Shown: positions 9,811 to 18,215 of the stretch, piece by piece
Position numbering within the stretch: position 1 is the first letter of the stretch
How the letters are laid out: each line of letters opens with the position of its first letter
NCBI GenBank assembly: GCA_035508155.1
Contig: DATJNM010000074.1
Span: 15 to 64,014, forward strand
DNA: 64,000 bases
Direction of reading: 5' to 3'
Source of the DNA: Candidatus Sulfopaludibacter sp.
GTDB lineage: Bacteria > Verrucomicrobiota > Verrucomicrobiia > Limisphaerales > UBA11358
Notes under the pieces: model-generated
Told to the model about the DNA's origin: nothing
Seen by the model: only the letters and a program-made list of their open reading frames with translations
Database searches by the model: none
Translations under genes and position numbers: made by a program

Positions 9811-9822
9811 TCTTTGTCGCGA

Positions 9823-10773
9823 TCAACGCCGGACCCGATAAAACTGCTGCGCGCCGTTCATTGGGTACACGGCGCGGAAATGTCCGGGGCTGGTTTGCGT
9901 GATGGTGGCGGCTGCATCACCAAAGCCATTCGAACACCGGTCAACGCATTGCAACGCGAAGGCCGACGGGCTGTCGCCGGCGTCACCGGTAAAATCAATC
10001 TGCACGTTTCCGTTGGTCAGGATGATGCCGGTAATATGAGGCGCGGCGGCGGGCACGCCGTTCGTCGTCCACGATAGCGAGAAATTGTCTATGCCAAAAG
10101 TAGCACGGCTACCCGATCCGGTCGCCGCCGAAAGTGCAACGATTCGAATCCAGACATTGGACGACGAGCCGTTGGCGTCTGGCCCCAAATTATATGTTTG
10201 GACTGTCACGCCGAAATTGGTTGCGTTGGTATAGTTGCCCAATGTGGTGAAGTTGGTGGGTGAATTACCGGCCGCATACTGAATGGTCCAAACGGTAGTG
10301 TACCCGTTTGTATGCAAAGTGCAGAGGTTCAGGCTCAAGGTCAGGTTGCTCAAACCGATGGTATTTGTGATCTGCAGCGTGAAGGCGGCTCCCGGATCAC
10401 CAAACGAGCCGGTCTGACGAATGGCCAGCGCGCGGTTGAGACAATTGGATTGGATTTGGGGAGATTCGTTTCCGATAAAATTCGTGCCCACATCGCTCAC
10501 GACGGAAGCGCAATTCCCGAATTCTCCGGCGGTACTTCCCCATGTCTTGGGTCCTGCACTGTAATTGTTAGTGATGGTACCCAAGCTGTTGGTCGTGGAA
10601 TTGATTCTGATCGACCAGCCTAACGGGATGCCATTGCTGATGGCATTGAAGTCCTGCGTGTAATTGGTGCCGGTAAGGGTGAGTTGTGCTTGAACGGATT
10701 GGTCGAACAATGCCGCGCCAAGAAACAGTGCCGCGCCGCAGAGGTACGAAACGTTTTTTTTCATTTGGTTCAT
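9823..10773 (-). CDS. Secreted hypothetical protein
   Basis: The internal ATG at 10773 gives a signal peptide, MNQMKKNVSYLCGAALFLGAALFDQSVQA. The C-terminus ends ...QQFYRVRR. No family recognised. Confidence 0.6.
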   Translation of the reverse strand: MNQMKKNVSYLCGAALFLGAALFDQSVQAQLTLTGTNYTQDFNAISNGIPLGWSIRINSTTNSLGTITNNYSAGPKTWGSTAGEFGNCASVVSDVGTNFIGNESPQIQSNCLNRALAIRQTGSFGDPGAAFTLQITNTIGLSNLTLSLNLCTLHTNGYTTVWTIQYAAGNSPTNFTTLGNYTNATNFGVTVQTYNLGPDANGSSSNVWIRIVALSAATGSGSRATFGIDNFSLSWTTNGVPAAAPHITGIILTNGNVQIDFTGDAGDSPSAFALQCVDRCSNGFGDAAATITQTSPGHFRAVYPMNGAQQFYRVRR

Positions 10774-11099
10774 TTTTTTTTGATTTGGATTTCGTGTGCG
10801 AAGAAAGAAATCTGGCGGGGTTTTCGTTAACTGAAACCGTGGGACCGGGTTACAGTTGTCCGTCCGTGCCCTGAGTAAGCGCCCGCGAAATCGAACCTGT
10901 CCTGACCGACCCTGCCCCGCTATTTCCATTCAACTCCCGTTTTGAATCAACAAAACTGCGTGAAGCAATATATGAAACTTAAAATATCTAATAATAGCTG
11001 GTTATTTCGACAAGCTTCCTTTTGGGGAAGCTTGCCCGCAAATGCTGCACAGCTCCTATAAATGGTTGTCGAAAGCCGCCGCGGTTGCGAAAATCGGAA

Positions 11100-12686
11100 A
11101 TGCAAACGAAAGCGATCCTCTGGCTTTTACTCACATCTCTGGCCATGACTGCCCCCGCGGCGGAAATCGCCAAAACCAATGCCCCAGCGGAGGAAACCAA
11201 TTCTCCAGCCGCGAAAAAACCGGAACTGGCCGCCATCCCCGACGCGACGCACAAGCCGGTCTTCACCACCAATACGATCACGATTGCCGGGAAGCGGGTG
11301 ACCTACGTGGCCGAAACCGGCATGTTGCCCATCCTCAAACCCGACGGCACGTCGCGCGCCTCGGTTTTTTACGTCGCTTATACGCGATTACAGCTGGAAG
11401 ACAGAAGCCAGAAGACGGAGAACAGAAAGCCGGCCTCTGACCTCGGGCCTCAGGCCTCTGACCGGCCGGTCACGTTTTGTTTCAACGGCGGTCCCGGCTC
11501 TTCCTCCGTTTGGTTGCACCTCGGCGCGCTCGGGCCGCGGCGCGTGAAAATGAATGAGGACGGGACATTGCCCAAACCGCCGTTTGGCCTGGAGGACAAT
11601 CCGTATTCGATTCTGGACGGAAGTGATCTGGTGTTCATTGACCCCGTCGCCACCGGTTTCAGCCGCGCGACGAAGGATGAATCGGCGGCCGCATTTTTCA
11701 GCCAGTCGGCCGATCTGGACTCGGTTGGCGAATTCATCCGGCTGTGGACGACGCGACATGAACGCTGGCTCTCGCCGAAATATCTCTGCGGCGAGAGTTA
11801 TGGGGTCTTTCGCGCCGCCGGGCTCGCGGAACGTCTGCGTTCGCGTTACGGCATGTATCTAAACGGCCTGATTCTGGTCTCGGGCGTTTTGGATTTTGCC
11901 ACCATTGATGACGGGACGGGCAACGATTTGCCGTTTGAACTCTTCCTGCCCAATTACACCGCCACGGCGTTTTACTTCAAGAAATTGCCGCCGGATTTGC
12001 AGAGTGATTTGCCGGCGGCATTGGCCGAGGCGCGCAAATTCGCCAAAGGCGAGTACGCTTCCGCCTTGCAACAGGGCGCGGCGCTGCCCGACACTGAGCG
12101 GGGACAGATTGTCGCCGAACTCGCGCGGCTGACCGGTTTGAAACCGCAGGTGATCGAAGACAACCATCTGCGGATTGACTCCGGCGTCTTTCGCAAGCAG
12201 TTGCTCCACGACCAGGGCCTGATTCTCGGCGCCTATGACGCGCGCATTACCGGACGTGACGACGACCCGGCCTCGTCGTATCCCGATTTCGATCCCTCCT
12301 ACGCGGCGACGTACGGACCGTTCGCGGCGGCCATGAACGCTTATGCGCGCCAGGAATTGAAATTCGAGGATGATCTGCCCTACGAAATCATCGCGGGCGT
12401 GCAACCCTGGAATTACGGTGCGCACAACGATTATCCGAGCGTGAGCGACCAGCTCGCGTCGGTGATGAATCAAAATCCTTATATGCGGGTGCTGGTGCTC
12501 AATGGGATGCGTGACCTGGTGTGTCCGCAGGACACGATGCGCTACGCACTCGACCACATGCAACTCGACCCGGTCTATCGCACGAACATTAGCTACGCCA
12601 CCTTCGAAGCCGGCCACATGATGTACGTGAACCTGCCGGATCTAAAAAAGATGCACGGCATGCTGGAAGATTTTATCAAGCAGTAG
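11100..12686 (+). CDS. Peptidase S10 (serine carboxypeptidase) family protein
   Basis: FCFNGGPGSSSVWLHLG and GESYG motifs. The ATG at 11100 gives a signal peptide, MQTKAILWLLLTSLAMTAPAAE. Confidence 0.8.
   Translation: MQTKAILWLLLTSLAMTAPAAEIAKTNAPAEETNSPAAKKPELAAIPDATHKPVFTTNTITIAGKRVTYVAETGMLPILKPDGTSRASVFYVAYTRLQLEDRSQKTENRKPASDLGPQASDRPVTFCFNGGPGSSSVWLHLGALGPRRVKMNEDGTLPKPPFGLEDNPYSILDGSDLVFIDPVATGFSRATKDESAAAFFSQSADLDSVGEFIRLWTTRHERWLSPKYLCGESYGVFRAAGLAERLRSRYGMYLNGLILVSGVLDFATIDDGTGNDLPFELFLPNYTATAFYFKKLPPDLQSDLPAALAEARKFAKGEYASALQQGAALPDTERGQIVAELARLTGLKPQVIEDNHLRIDSGVFRKQLLHDQGLILGAYDARITGRDDDPASSYPDFDPSYAATYGPFAAAMNAYARQELKFEDDLPYEIIAGVQPWNYGAHNDYPSVSDQLASVMNQNPYMRVLVLNGMRDLVCPQDTMRYALDHMQLDPVYRTNISYATFEAGHMMYVNLPDLKKMHGMLEDFIKQ
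11394..11465. repeat. Heptamer mini-palindrome inside the S10 peptidase gene
   Basis: CTGGAAG ACAGAAG CCAGAAG ACGGAGA ACAGAAA is followed by CCTCTGA CCTCGGG CCTCAGG CCTCTGA. It encodes LEDRSQKTENRKPASDLGPQASD. Confidence 0.8.
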
Positions 12687-12791
12687 GCCGCATGGCTGAA
12701 CTGTCGTAAGGATGATTTAACCTGTTTCCATGATGGCCAGGCTCCCATCATTTGTGGAATTGATTTGAAGTCAGGCGTCATTCAAACATTC

Positions 12792-13286
12792 ATGAAAATT
12801 GCATGCCTTATTCCAGTTCTGGCAGTGGCGCTTCTCGCCTCGTGCGCGCCGGCTCCACACGACGCCAATGCCACGACTTCGCAACAGTTGGCCAACGAGA
12901 GTAGTGCCGCATTAAATGCGAAGGACTATGTCAAAGCGCAGATGCTGGCCAAGCGGGCGACCAGCGTTGATCCGAAATTTGCCGAGGCTTGGGTCGGTTA
13001 TGGGATGGCATCCGCGCGTTTGGGACAGACTGACCGAGCCCGTGCGGCTTATGAACAGGCACTTTCGTTGCACCAGGCCCGTCATCTCCAGGATCCTTCC
13101 GACGGCGATCAGGTCGTCCAGCAGATTTTTTTGCTGACGCTGCTTGGACGCCAAGCGGAAGCTGAGACCTTACTGAAGCAAGCTCATACCGATTATCCGA
13201 GTGACCAGGCGATCACGAAGATGGTCGAAAATTTTACCACGATGAAGCAGGGATGGCAGAGTTGGGTGTTGAAAGCGAAACCATGA
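12792..13286 (+). CDS. TPR-repeat lipoprotein
   Basis: MKIACLIPVLAVALLASC lipobox, followed by TPR-like helices. Confidence 0.6.
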   Translation: MKIACLIPVLAVALLASCAPAPHDANATTSQQLANESSAALNAKDYVKAQMLAKRATSVDPKFAEAWVGYGMASARLGQTDRARAAYEQALSLHQARHLQDPSDGDQVVQQIFLLTLLGRQAEAETLLKQAHTDYPSDQAITKMVENFTTMKQGWQSWVLKAKP

Positions 13287-13329
13287 CGCCGCGCTAGAGC
13301 GTCTGACAGTGAGTCCGCCGCCAGCATGA

Positions 13330-14481
13330 CTATTCATGGACACGGATCAGGGTTTTGATGGCGTGATTGCCGGCGGCCATCTTCTTGAACAATTCCGGCA
13401 ACCGGCTGAGCAGACATTCGCCGTCCACAAAATCCCGCGCGCGAATCAGGCCGGCCTCGATCAATTCCAACGCCCGCCGGATGGCACGTGGCGTGTGATG
13501 GAAACTCGCCAGCAGGGTCAGGCTGGAATAATGAATCAATTCCGTGTCGAATGACGCCTTCGTGCCGGAGGGACAACCGCCAAAAAAATTGACCGACCCG
13601 CCTTTGCGGACGAGTTGCACGGCCGCTTCCCAGGTCTCAGGCCGGCCCACGGCTTCAATGACCACGTCAAATCGGGAGGGCCGCCGCGTCGGCGACCCCG
13701 AAATTCGGGACGGCGGCACGCCGTCCCTCCCAATCACGGCCTTGACCACGTCGCCGTCCTTTCCAACCTCAAAGACTTTTCCCGCGCCCACCCGCCGCGC
13801 GGTCTGCAATCTTTTTTCTCCGCGCCCGGCTATCGACACATTACAACCGGCGTTTTTCGCCAAGGCCACGAACATCAGGCCGATCGGGCCGGCGCCAATG
13901 ACCAGCACGTTTTGGCCGGTGCTCAGATTTGTGTCTGCCACTCCCTGGACAACACAGGCGAGCGGCTCGACGAGCGCGGCGTCACGGAAATCGGTTTCCG
14001 GTTTGAGCCGCAATAGGTTCTGCTGGACGATCCGCGCGGGAATGACAAGGGATTCGGCGTAAGCGCCGTTCAGGAACTGCAAATCTTCGCAGAGATTTTC
14101 CTGGCTGCAACGGCAGTGAAAACAGTCACCGCACGGCGCGGAGTTGGCCGCTACGACGCGGTCGCCGATTTTCCATGTCTCGATTGTCTGGGTCGGGTGC
14201 GTTACTCCGTGCGCGCCGTTTTTTTTGGCGGAATGTGCGGCGGGCAAGGGACTGCCCGTCCCACCACCGGCAACCTCGGAAATCACGCCGGCCAGTTCGT
14301 GGCCAAAGACCGCGGGCGGCACGATCATTTTGGCGTGGTAGCCGCGTTTGAATACCTTCAAATCCGTGCCACAGGTGAGCGCAGCCTCGATGCGGATACG
14401 AACTTCGCCTGGTTTCAACGGCGGCGGTTCGAGTTCCTCGATTTGAATCTGTCCCCGGCCGTGAAGGATGGCGGCTTTCAC
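13330..14481 (-). CDS. Zinc-dependent alcohol/polyol dehydrogenase (MDR family)
   Basis: GHELAG...GDRV...CGDCFHCR zinc sites and a GAGPIGL Rossmann motif. It carries two atypical inserts (see repeats). Confidence 0.85.
   Translation of the reverse strand: MKAAILHGRGQIQIEELEPPPLKPGEVRIRIEAALTCGTDLKVFKRGYHAKMIVPPAVFGHELAGVISEVAGGGTGSPLPAAHSAKKNGAHGVTHPTQTIETWKIGDRVVAANSAPCGDCFHCRCSQENLCEDLQFLNGAYAESLVIPARIVQQNLLRLKPETDFRDAALVEPLACVVQGVADTNLSTGQNVLVIGAGPIGLMFVALAKNAGCNVSIAGRGEKRLQTARRVGAGKVFEVGKDGDVVKAVIGRDGVPPSRISGSPTRRPSRFDVVIEAVGRPETWEAAVQLVRKGGSVNFFGGCPSGTKASFDTELIHYSSLTLLASFHHTPRAIRRALELIEAGLIRARDFVDGECLLSRLPELFKKMAAGNHAIKTLIRVHE
13674..13731. repeat. GC-rich palindrome (GGGAGGG...CCCTCCC family) inside the ADH gene
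   Basis: GGGAGGGCCGCCGCGTCGGCGACCCCGAAATTCGGGACGGCGGCACGCCGTCCCTCCC. Homologous to the intergenic copy at 54649-54702. It encodes ...DGVPPSRISGSPTRRPS... Confidence 0.75.
14191..14265. repeat. GC-rich element (GGTAGGGCG...GGCAGAGGACTGCCCGCCCTACC family) inside the ADH gene
   Basis: GGTCGGGTGCGTTACTCCGTGCGCGCCG...GCGGCGGGCAAGGGACTGCCCGTCCCACC aligns with 21097-21152 and, inverted, with 19609-19698. It is 75 nt (25 codons) and encodes GGTGSPLPAAHSAKKNGAHGVTHPT. Confidence 0.8.
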
Positions 14482-14756
14482 GAGGCCAGTTTAGAGAGCG
14501 ACCGGATGGCTCTAAAAGCGAATTTTTTTAAGTTTGTCCGGCGACGGGGACGCCGGATTCCTGGAATTCAGGTGGCGGTTGAGTGAGGCGCGTCAGCTTA
14601 TCCTGACCGCCGCGCCGACTGGCGCTTGTCCGATTTCACAAATTGTGCCATATTCGCCGTGACATTCCCGGCCACGCGCAGGACGTGCCGGCGACCGCCT
14701 GGTGACACAGGGGTTTGAAAATCAGGGCGTTCCGGGCGAGGCAACCCAAAGTACCG

Positions 14757-15158
14757 ATGTCAACCGTCGTGGACAGGCAACCCGCGTCGCACAAAAAGTG
14801 CGTGCTGATTGTGGACGACGACCTTGAATTGTCGTCGATCTACCAGCATCTCCTCGAAACGTTCAATTACGATGTCAACACCGCGGCTAATGGCAAGGTG
14901 GCTCTGGAAAAAATCCTCAGCCAGGATGTGGACGCCATTATCTGTGATCTCCGGATGCCGGAACTGGAAGGCGACTTGTTTTACAGCACCATCGAGCGGG
15001 TGAAACCCTATCTTTGCCGCCGTTTCATCTTCCTCACCGGCGCGGCGGACGATCCCAAATATCATTCGTTCCTCAACCAGGTGAAGTCACCGGTGCTCCA
15101 TAAGCCGGTCCATCCAGAGCGGTTGCTTATGGAATTGCGGCGACTGCCGGAGGTCTGA
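14757..15158 (+). CDS. Stand-alone response regulator receiver protein (CheY-like)
   Basis: VLIVDDD...D...K receiver pattern with no output domain. The start could also be 14715. Confidence 0.75.
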   Translation: MSTVVDRQPASHKKCVLIVDDDLELSSIYQHLLETFNYDVNTAANGKVALEKILSQDVDAIICDLRMPELEGDLFYSTIERVKPYLCRRFIFLTGAADDPKYHSFLNQVKSPVLHKPVHPERLLMELRRLPEV

Positions 15159-15302
15159 AACCTCGTCCTTCCTGTTCGGAAACTTCGTTTCGCGGGTGCG
15201 GCATTTGCCGAAGCCAAAACGGCGGAATTTCATGATTGCGGGGAGGATTGAATCTGCTAAGCTCGGCGCTCGTTTTTTACCGACCATTTAACCGAAAAAA
15301 TT

Positions 15303-15458
15303 ATGTCACAACATCGCAGTTTGCGCGCAGCGACCGTCCTGGGCGGCAAGCGCAATGTGCTCAAGCGTTTCGAGCGCGTCGAGCTTCTCAAAAAGCGCGG
15401 CCAGTGGAAGGACGGCGACCGCATTACCGGCCTCCGCAAAACCAAACCGGGCGTGTAA
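15303..15458 (+). CDS. Small basic protein (51 aa; PVC-type 'small basic protein' family)
   Basis: Missing from the ORF track (<60 aa). MSQHRSLRAATVLGGKRNVLKRFERVELLKKRGQWKDGDRITGLRKTKPGV matches my recollection of the conserved small basic protein family. Confidence 0.65.
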   Translation: MSQHRSLRAATVLGGKRNVLKRFERVELLKKRGQWKDGDRITGLRKTKPGV

Positions 15459-15521
15459 AACGTGACGAGCGACAAGTATCGCGTGACACGGAATCCGCTC
15501 TTGTCACCTGTCCCTTGTCAC

Positions 15522-16241
15522 ATGCCACCGGCCATACGTTTGCAAAAATTTCTGGCGGAAGCCGGAGTTGCTTCCCGCCGCGCGGCGGAGCAAATCATCC
15601 TGGCCGGACGCGTGCAGGTCAACGGCCAGCCGGTCCGCGTGCTGGGCAGCACGGTGGACCCCCACCGGGACGCGGTGACGTTGGACGGCAAACCCCTCCG
15701 GGCTCGTCGGAAATTGTATGTGGCGTTGCACAAGCCGGTCGGCTGTGTTTGTTCGCGCCGGGACGAGTTGGGTCGGCCGACGATTTATGATTTATTGCCC
15801 AGGGAATGGCAAAATCTTCACTACGCCGGCCGTCTGGATTTTAACACGGAAGGATTGCTTTTTTTAACCAATGATGGACAATTCGCCCTGCGCCTGACTC
15901 ATCCGCGCTATGGCGTTGGCAAAAAATACGTTGCAACGATTGAGGGTTGCGCTGACGGGGCAATTTTGGAACGATTCTTGCGGGGCGTATGGCACGCAGG
16001 CGAAAAACTCCAGGCGCAGGCGGCAAGACTCATTTCGGCCGGCCGCAAACGCAGTGTGGTGGAGCTTGAACTGGCCGAAGGCAAAAACCGCGAAGTGCGG
16101 CGGCTGTTTGAATCGCAGGGGTTGGCGGTCAAACGGCTGCAGCGGACTCAAATCGGCAAAATCAAATTGGGCGAATTGAAGCCCGGCCGATGGCGGACAT
16201 TGACAGAAACCGAGATTAAAACTTTACTTGCAGAATTATGA
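15522..16241 (+). CDS. rluB: Pseudouridine synthase, RsuA/RluB family (S4 domain + catalytic domain)
   Basis: IRLQKFLAEAGVASRRAAEQIILAGRVQVNG (S4 domain) and HYAGRLDFNTEGLLFLTNDG (catalytic Asp motif). Confidence 0.85.
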   Translation: MPPAIRLQKFLAEAGVASRRAAEQIILAGRVQVNGQPVRVLGSTVDPHRDAVTLDGKPLRARRKLYVALHKPVGCVCSRRDELGRPTIYDLLPREWQNLHYAGRLDFNTEGLLFLTNDGQFALRLTHPRYGVGKKYVATIEGCADGAILERFLRGVWHAGEKLQAQAARLISAGRKRSVVELELAEGKNREVRRLFESQGLAVKRLQRTQIGKIKLGELKPGRWRTLTETEIKTLLAEL

Positions 16242-17275
16242 AAACGAATTGCTGGTTAATGGTAGGCGTGCTGTTGGCAACAAGCGCAGTCGCGCAGGAC
16301 AACACCAACGCGGTATCCACCGCGCCCACTGCGCCACCGCCGGCCCAAGCCGCTCCCGCCGCGGCGCCGGCCACCGGGACGGCCGCGCCAGAGGCAAAAC
16401 CCAAGGCCGTCAAACACAAACACCATGCCGCGCCGGCCAGGGTGGCCCCGCTTTCTGAACCAACGGTCACATTGACTCCCGGCCCGGCGCAAGTCGCTGT
16501 CAAGAGCCTCACCGCCCGCGGCCAGGCCGGCCTCAAGGGCGAAGTGGTGGCCCATCTCAAGCAAGGAGACACGGTGACGGTTTTGTCCCAGATTAATCTG
16601 GAAAAGCACAAGGCGAACGAGCCCGCGCAGTGGGCGCAAATCGCTTATCCCTCCAGCGCCCATGTCTGGGTTTTTGCCAAATACATTGACAAGGAGAACC
16701 ACACGGTGCTGTCGAAAAAGATAAACCTGCGCGGCGGGCCGGGCGAAAACTACAGCATCCTCGGCACCATTGAACGCGGCACGACGGTGAACGCCATCCG
16801 TACCAAGGGCGAATGGATGGAAATTGAGCCGCCGACCAACGCCTATGCCTTTGTCGCCGCGATGTATTTGACGCAGACCGCCCCGGCGGCGGCGCCCACC
16901 ACCGTCGCCGAGCAGCAACCGCCGGCCGCTGCCCAGCCGGCTGCGCCGCCGGCCGCGCAACCGCCGCCCCCGACGGATCGCATCGTGTCGCACGAAGGTG
17001 TGGTGGGACCGGTCATGAGCCCGGTCGCCCCGACCAAATACATGTTGTACGATCCCGACACGTATCAGACGATTGATTATCTGTACACAACTGCGCCGGA
17101 CCTGGACCTGAGTCGTTACGTCAACATGCGCATCATTGTCACCGGCGTGGAGGGCATTGACCAGCGCTGGCCCAGCAGTCCCATCGTTGCCATCCAGAGC
17201 ATCCAGGTGGTGGCCACCAACGCGGTCAAACATGTTGACCTCCGAAGCCCCAGACAGCGTGGGAACACTCATTGA
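16238..17275 (+). CDS. Secreted SH3b-domain protein with Pro/Ala-rich linkers
   Basis: Signal peptide MKTNCWLMVGVLLATSAVA. Two SH3b-like segments (e.g. LNLRGGPGENYSILGTIERGTTVNAI..GEWMEIE). Confidence 0.65.
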   Translation: MKTNCWLMVGVLLATSAVAQDNTNAVSTAPTAPPPAQAAPAAAPATGTAAPEAKPKAVKHKHHAAPARVAPLSEPTVTLTPGPAQVAVKSLTARGQAGLKGEVVAHLKQGDTVTVLSQINLEKHKANEPAQWAQIAYPSSAHVWVFAKYIDKENHTVLSKKINLRGGPGENYSILGTIERGTTVNAIRTKGEWMEIEPPTNAYAFVAAMYLTQTAPAAAPTTVAEQQPPAAAQPAAPPAAQPPPPTDRIVSHEGVVGPVMSPVAPTKYMLYDPDTYQTIDYLYTTAPDLDLSRYVNMRIIVTGVEGIDQRWPSSPIVAIQSIQVVATNAVKHVDLRSPRQRGNTH

Positions 17276-18137
17276 CGGGCGCGCCATTGCCGCGCAAATC
17301 CAGCGTGAACTGGCCGGGCGCATCGCCGCGTTGAAAGAGCGCGGGATCGTGCCCGGCCTCGCCTTTGTGCGCGTCGGCGAGGATCCCGCCTCCAGGGTTT
17401 ACGTCGGCCGCAAGGAAAAGGCCTGCGCCGAGCTTGGAATTTTTTCGGAAACGCACGTTCTGCCGGAGCAAACCCCTGAAAGTGATTTGCTCGCGTTGCT
17501 GGAAAGACTGAACGCCGATTCGCGCGTACAGGGGGTTCTCGTCCAGGCCCCTTTGCCAAAGCAAATCCGGGAGTCCGTCGTTTATGCGACCGTGTCGCCG
17601 CAAAAGGACGTGGATGGGTTCCATCCGGTCAACGTCGGCAAATTGATGCTGGGCGACCCAACGGGTTTCCAGCCCTGCACCCCGGCGGGTGTCCGCGAGC
17701 TGCTGGTCCGCTCGCTGGTGAACACGCGCGGTGCGGAGGTGGTGATTCTGGGCCGCGGCAACATCGTGGGCAAACCGATGGCCGCGATGCTTTGTCAAAA
17801 AGACAAAAATGCAAACGCCACCGTGACAATTTGCCACTCCGCCACCCGCGACCTCGCGGCCCATTGCCGTCGCGCGGATATTTTGATCGCCGCGATGGGC
17901 GTCGCGGAATTTGTCAAAGCGGAGATGGTCAAGCCCGGGGCGACCGTGATTGACGTGGGTGTTAACCGCGTGAAGGATCCGACGGCGAAAAACGGTTCGC
18001 GGCTGGTGGGCGACGTGGATTTTGCCGCCGTCCAGAAAATCGCCGGTCAGATCACCCCCAACCCCGGCGGGGTCGGCCCGATGACCATTGCGATGTTGAT
18101 GCAAAACACCGTGCGGGCGGCGGAGACGACCTTGTAG
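17232..18137 (+). CDS. folD: Bifunctional methylenetetrahydrofolate dehydrogenase/cyclohydrolase
   Basis: LIDGRAIAAQI...PGLAFVRVGEDPAS.VYV..K...VQAPLP...GRGNIVGKP...NPGGVGPMT. The alternative GTG start is at 17259. Confidence 0.9.
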   Translation: MLTSEAPDSVGTLIDGRAIAAQIQRELAGRIAALKERGIVPGLAFVRVGEDPASRVYVGRKEKACAELGIFSETHVLPEQTPESDLLALLERLNADSRVQGVLVQAPLPKQIRESVVYATVSPQKDVDGFHPVNVGKLMLGDPTGFQPCTPAGVRELLVRSLVNTRGAEVVILGRGNIVGKPMAAMLCQKDKNANATVTICHSATRDLAAHCRRADILIAAMGVAEFVKAEMVKPGATVIDVGVNRVKDPTAKNGSRLVGDVDFAAVQKIAGQITPNPGGVGPMTIAMLMQNTVRAAETTL

Positions 18138-18203
18138 CGGCGATCTGTGATCGTCGCATTTTGAAACATGAAATAATCAGCGGCCGTCACAGACTGCCGC
18201 TAC
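18134..18203. repeat. GC-rich double-hairpin palindrome (GTAGCGGCG.TCTGTGA.CG.CGC family)
   Basis: GTAGCGGCGATCTGTGATCGTCGC ... GCGGCCGTCACAGACTGCCGCTAC. The folD stop codon TAG (18135-18137) lies inside the left arm. Confidence 0.8.
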
Positions 18204-18215
18204 AATAACAAGAAC

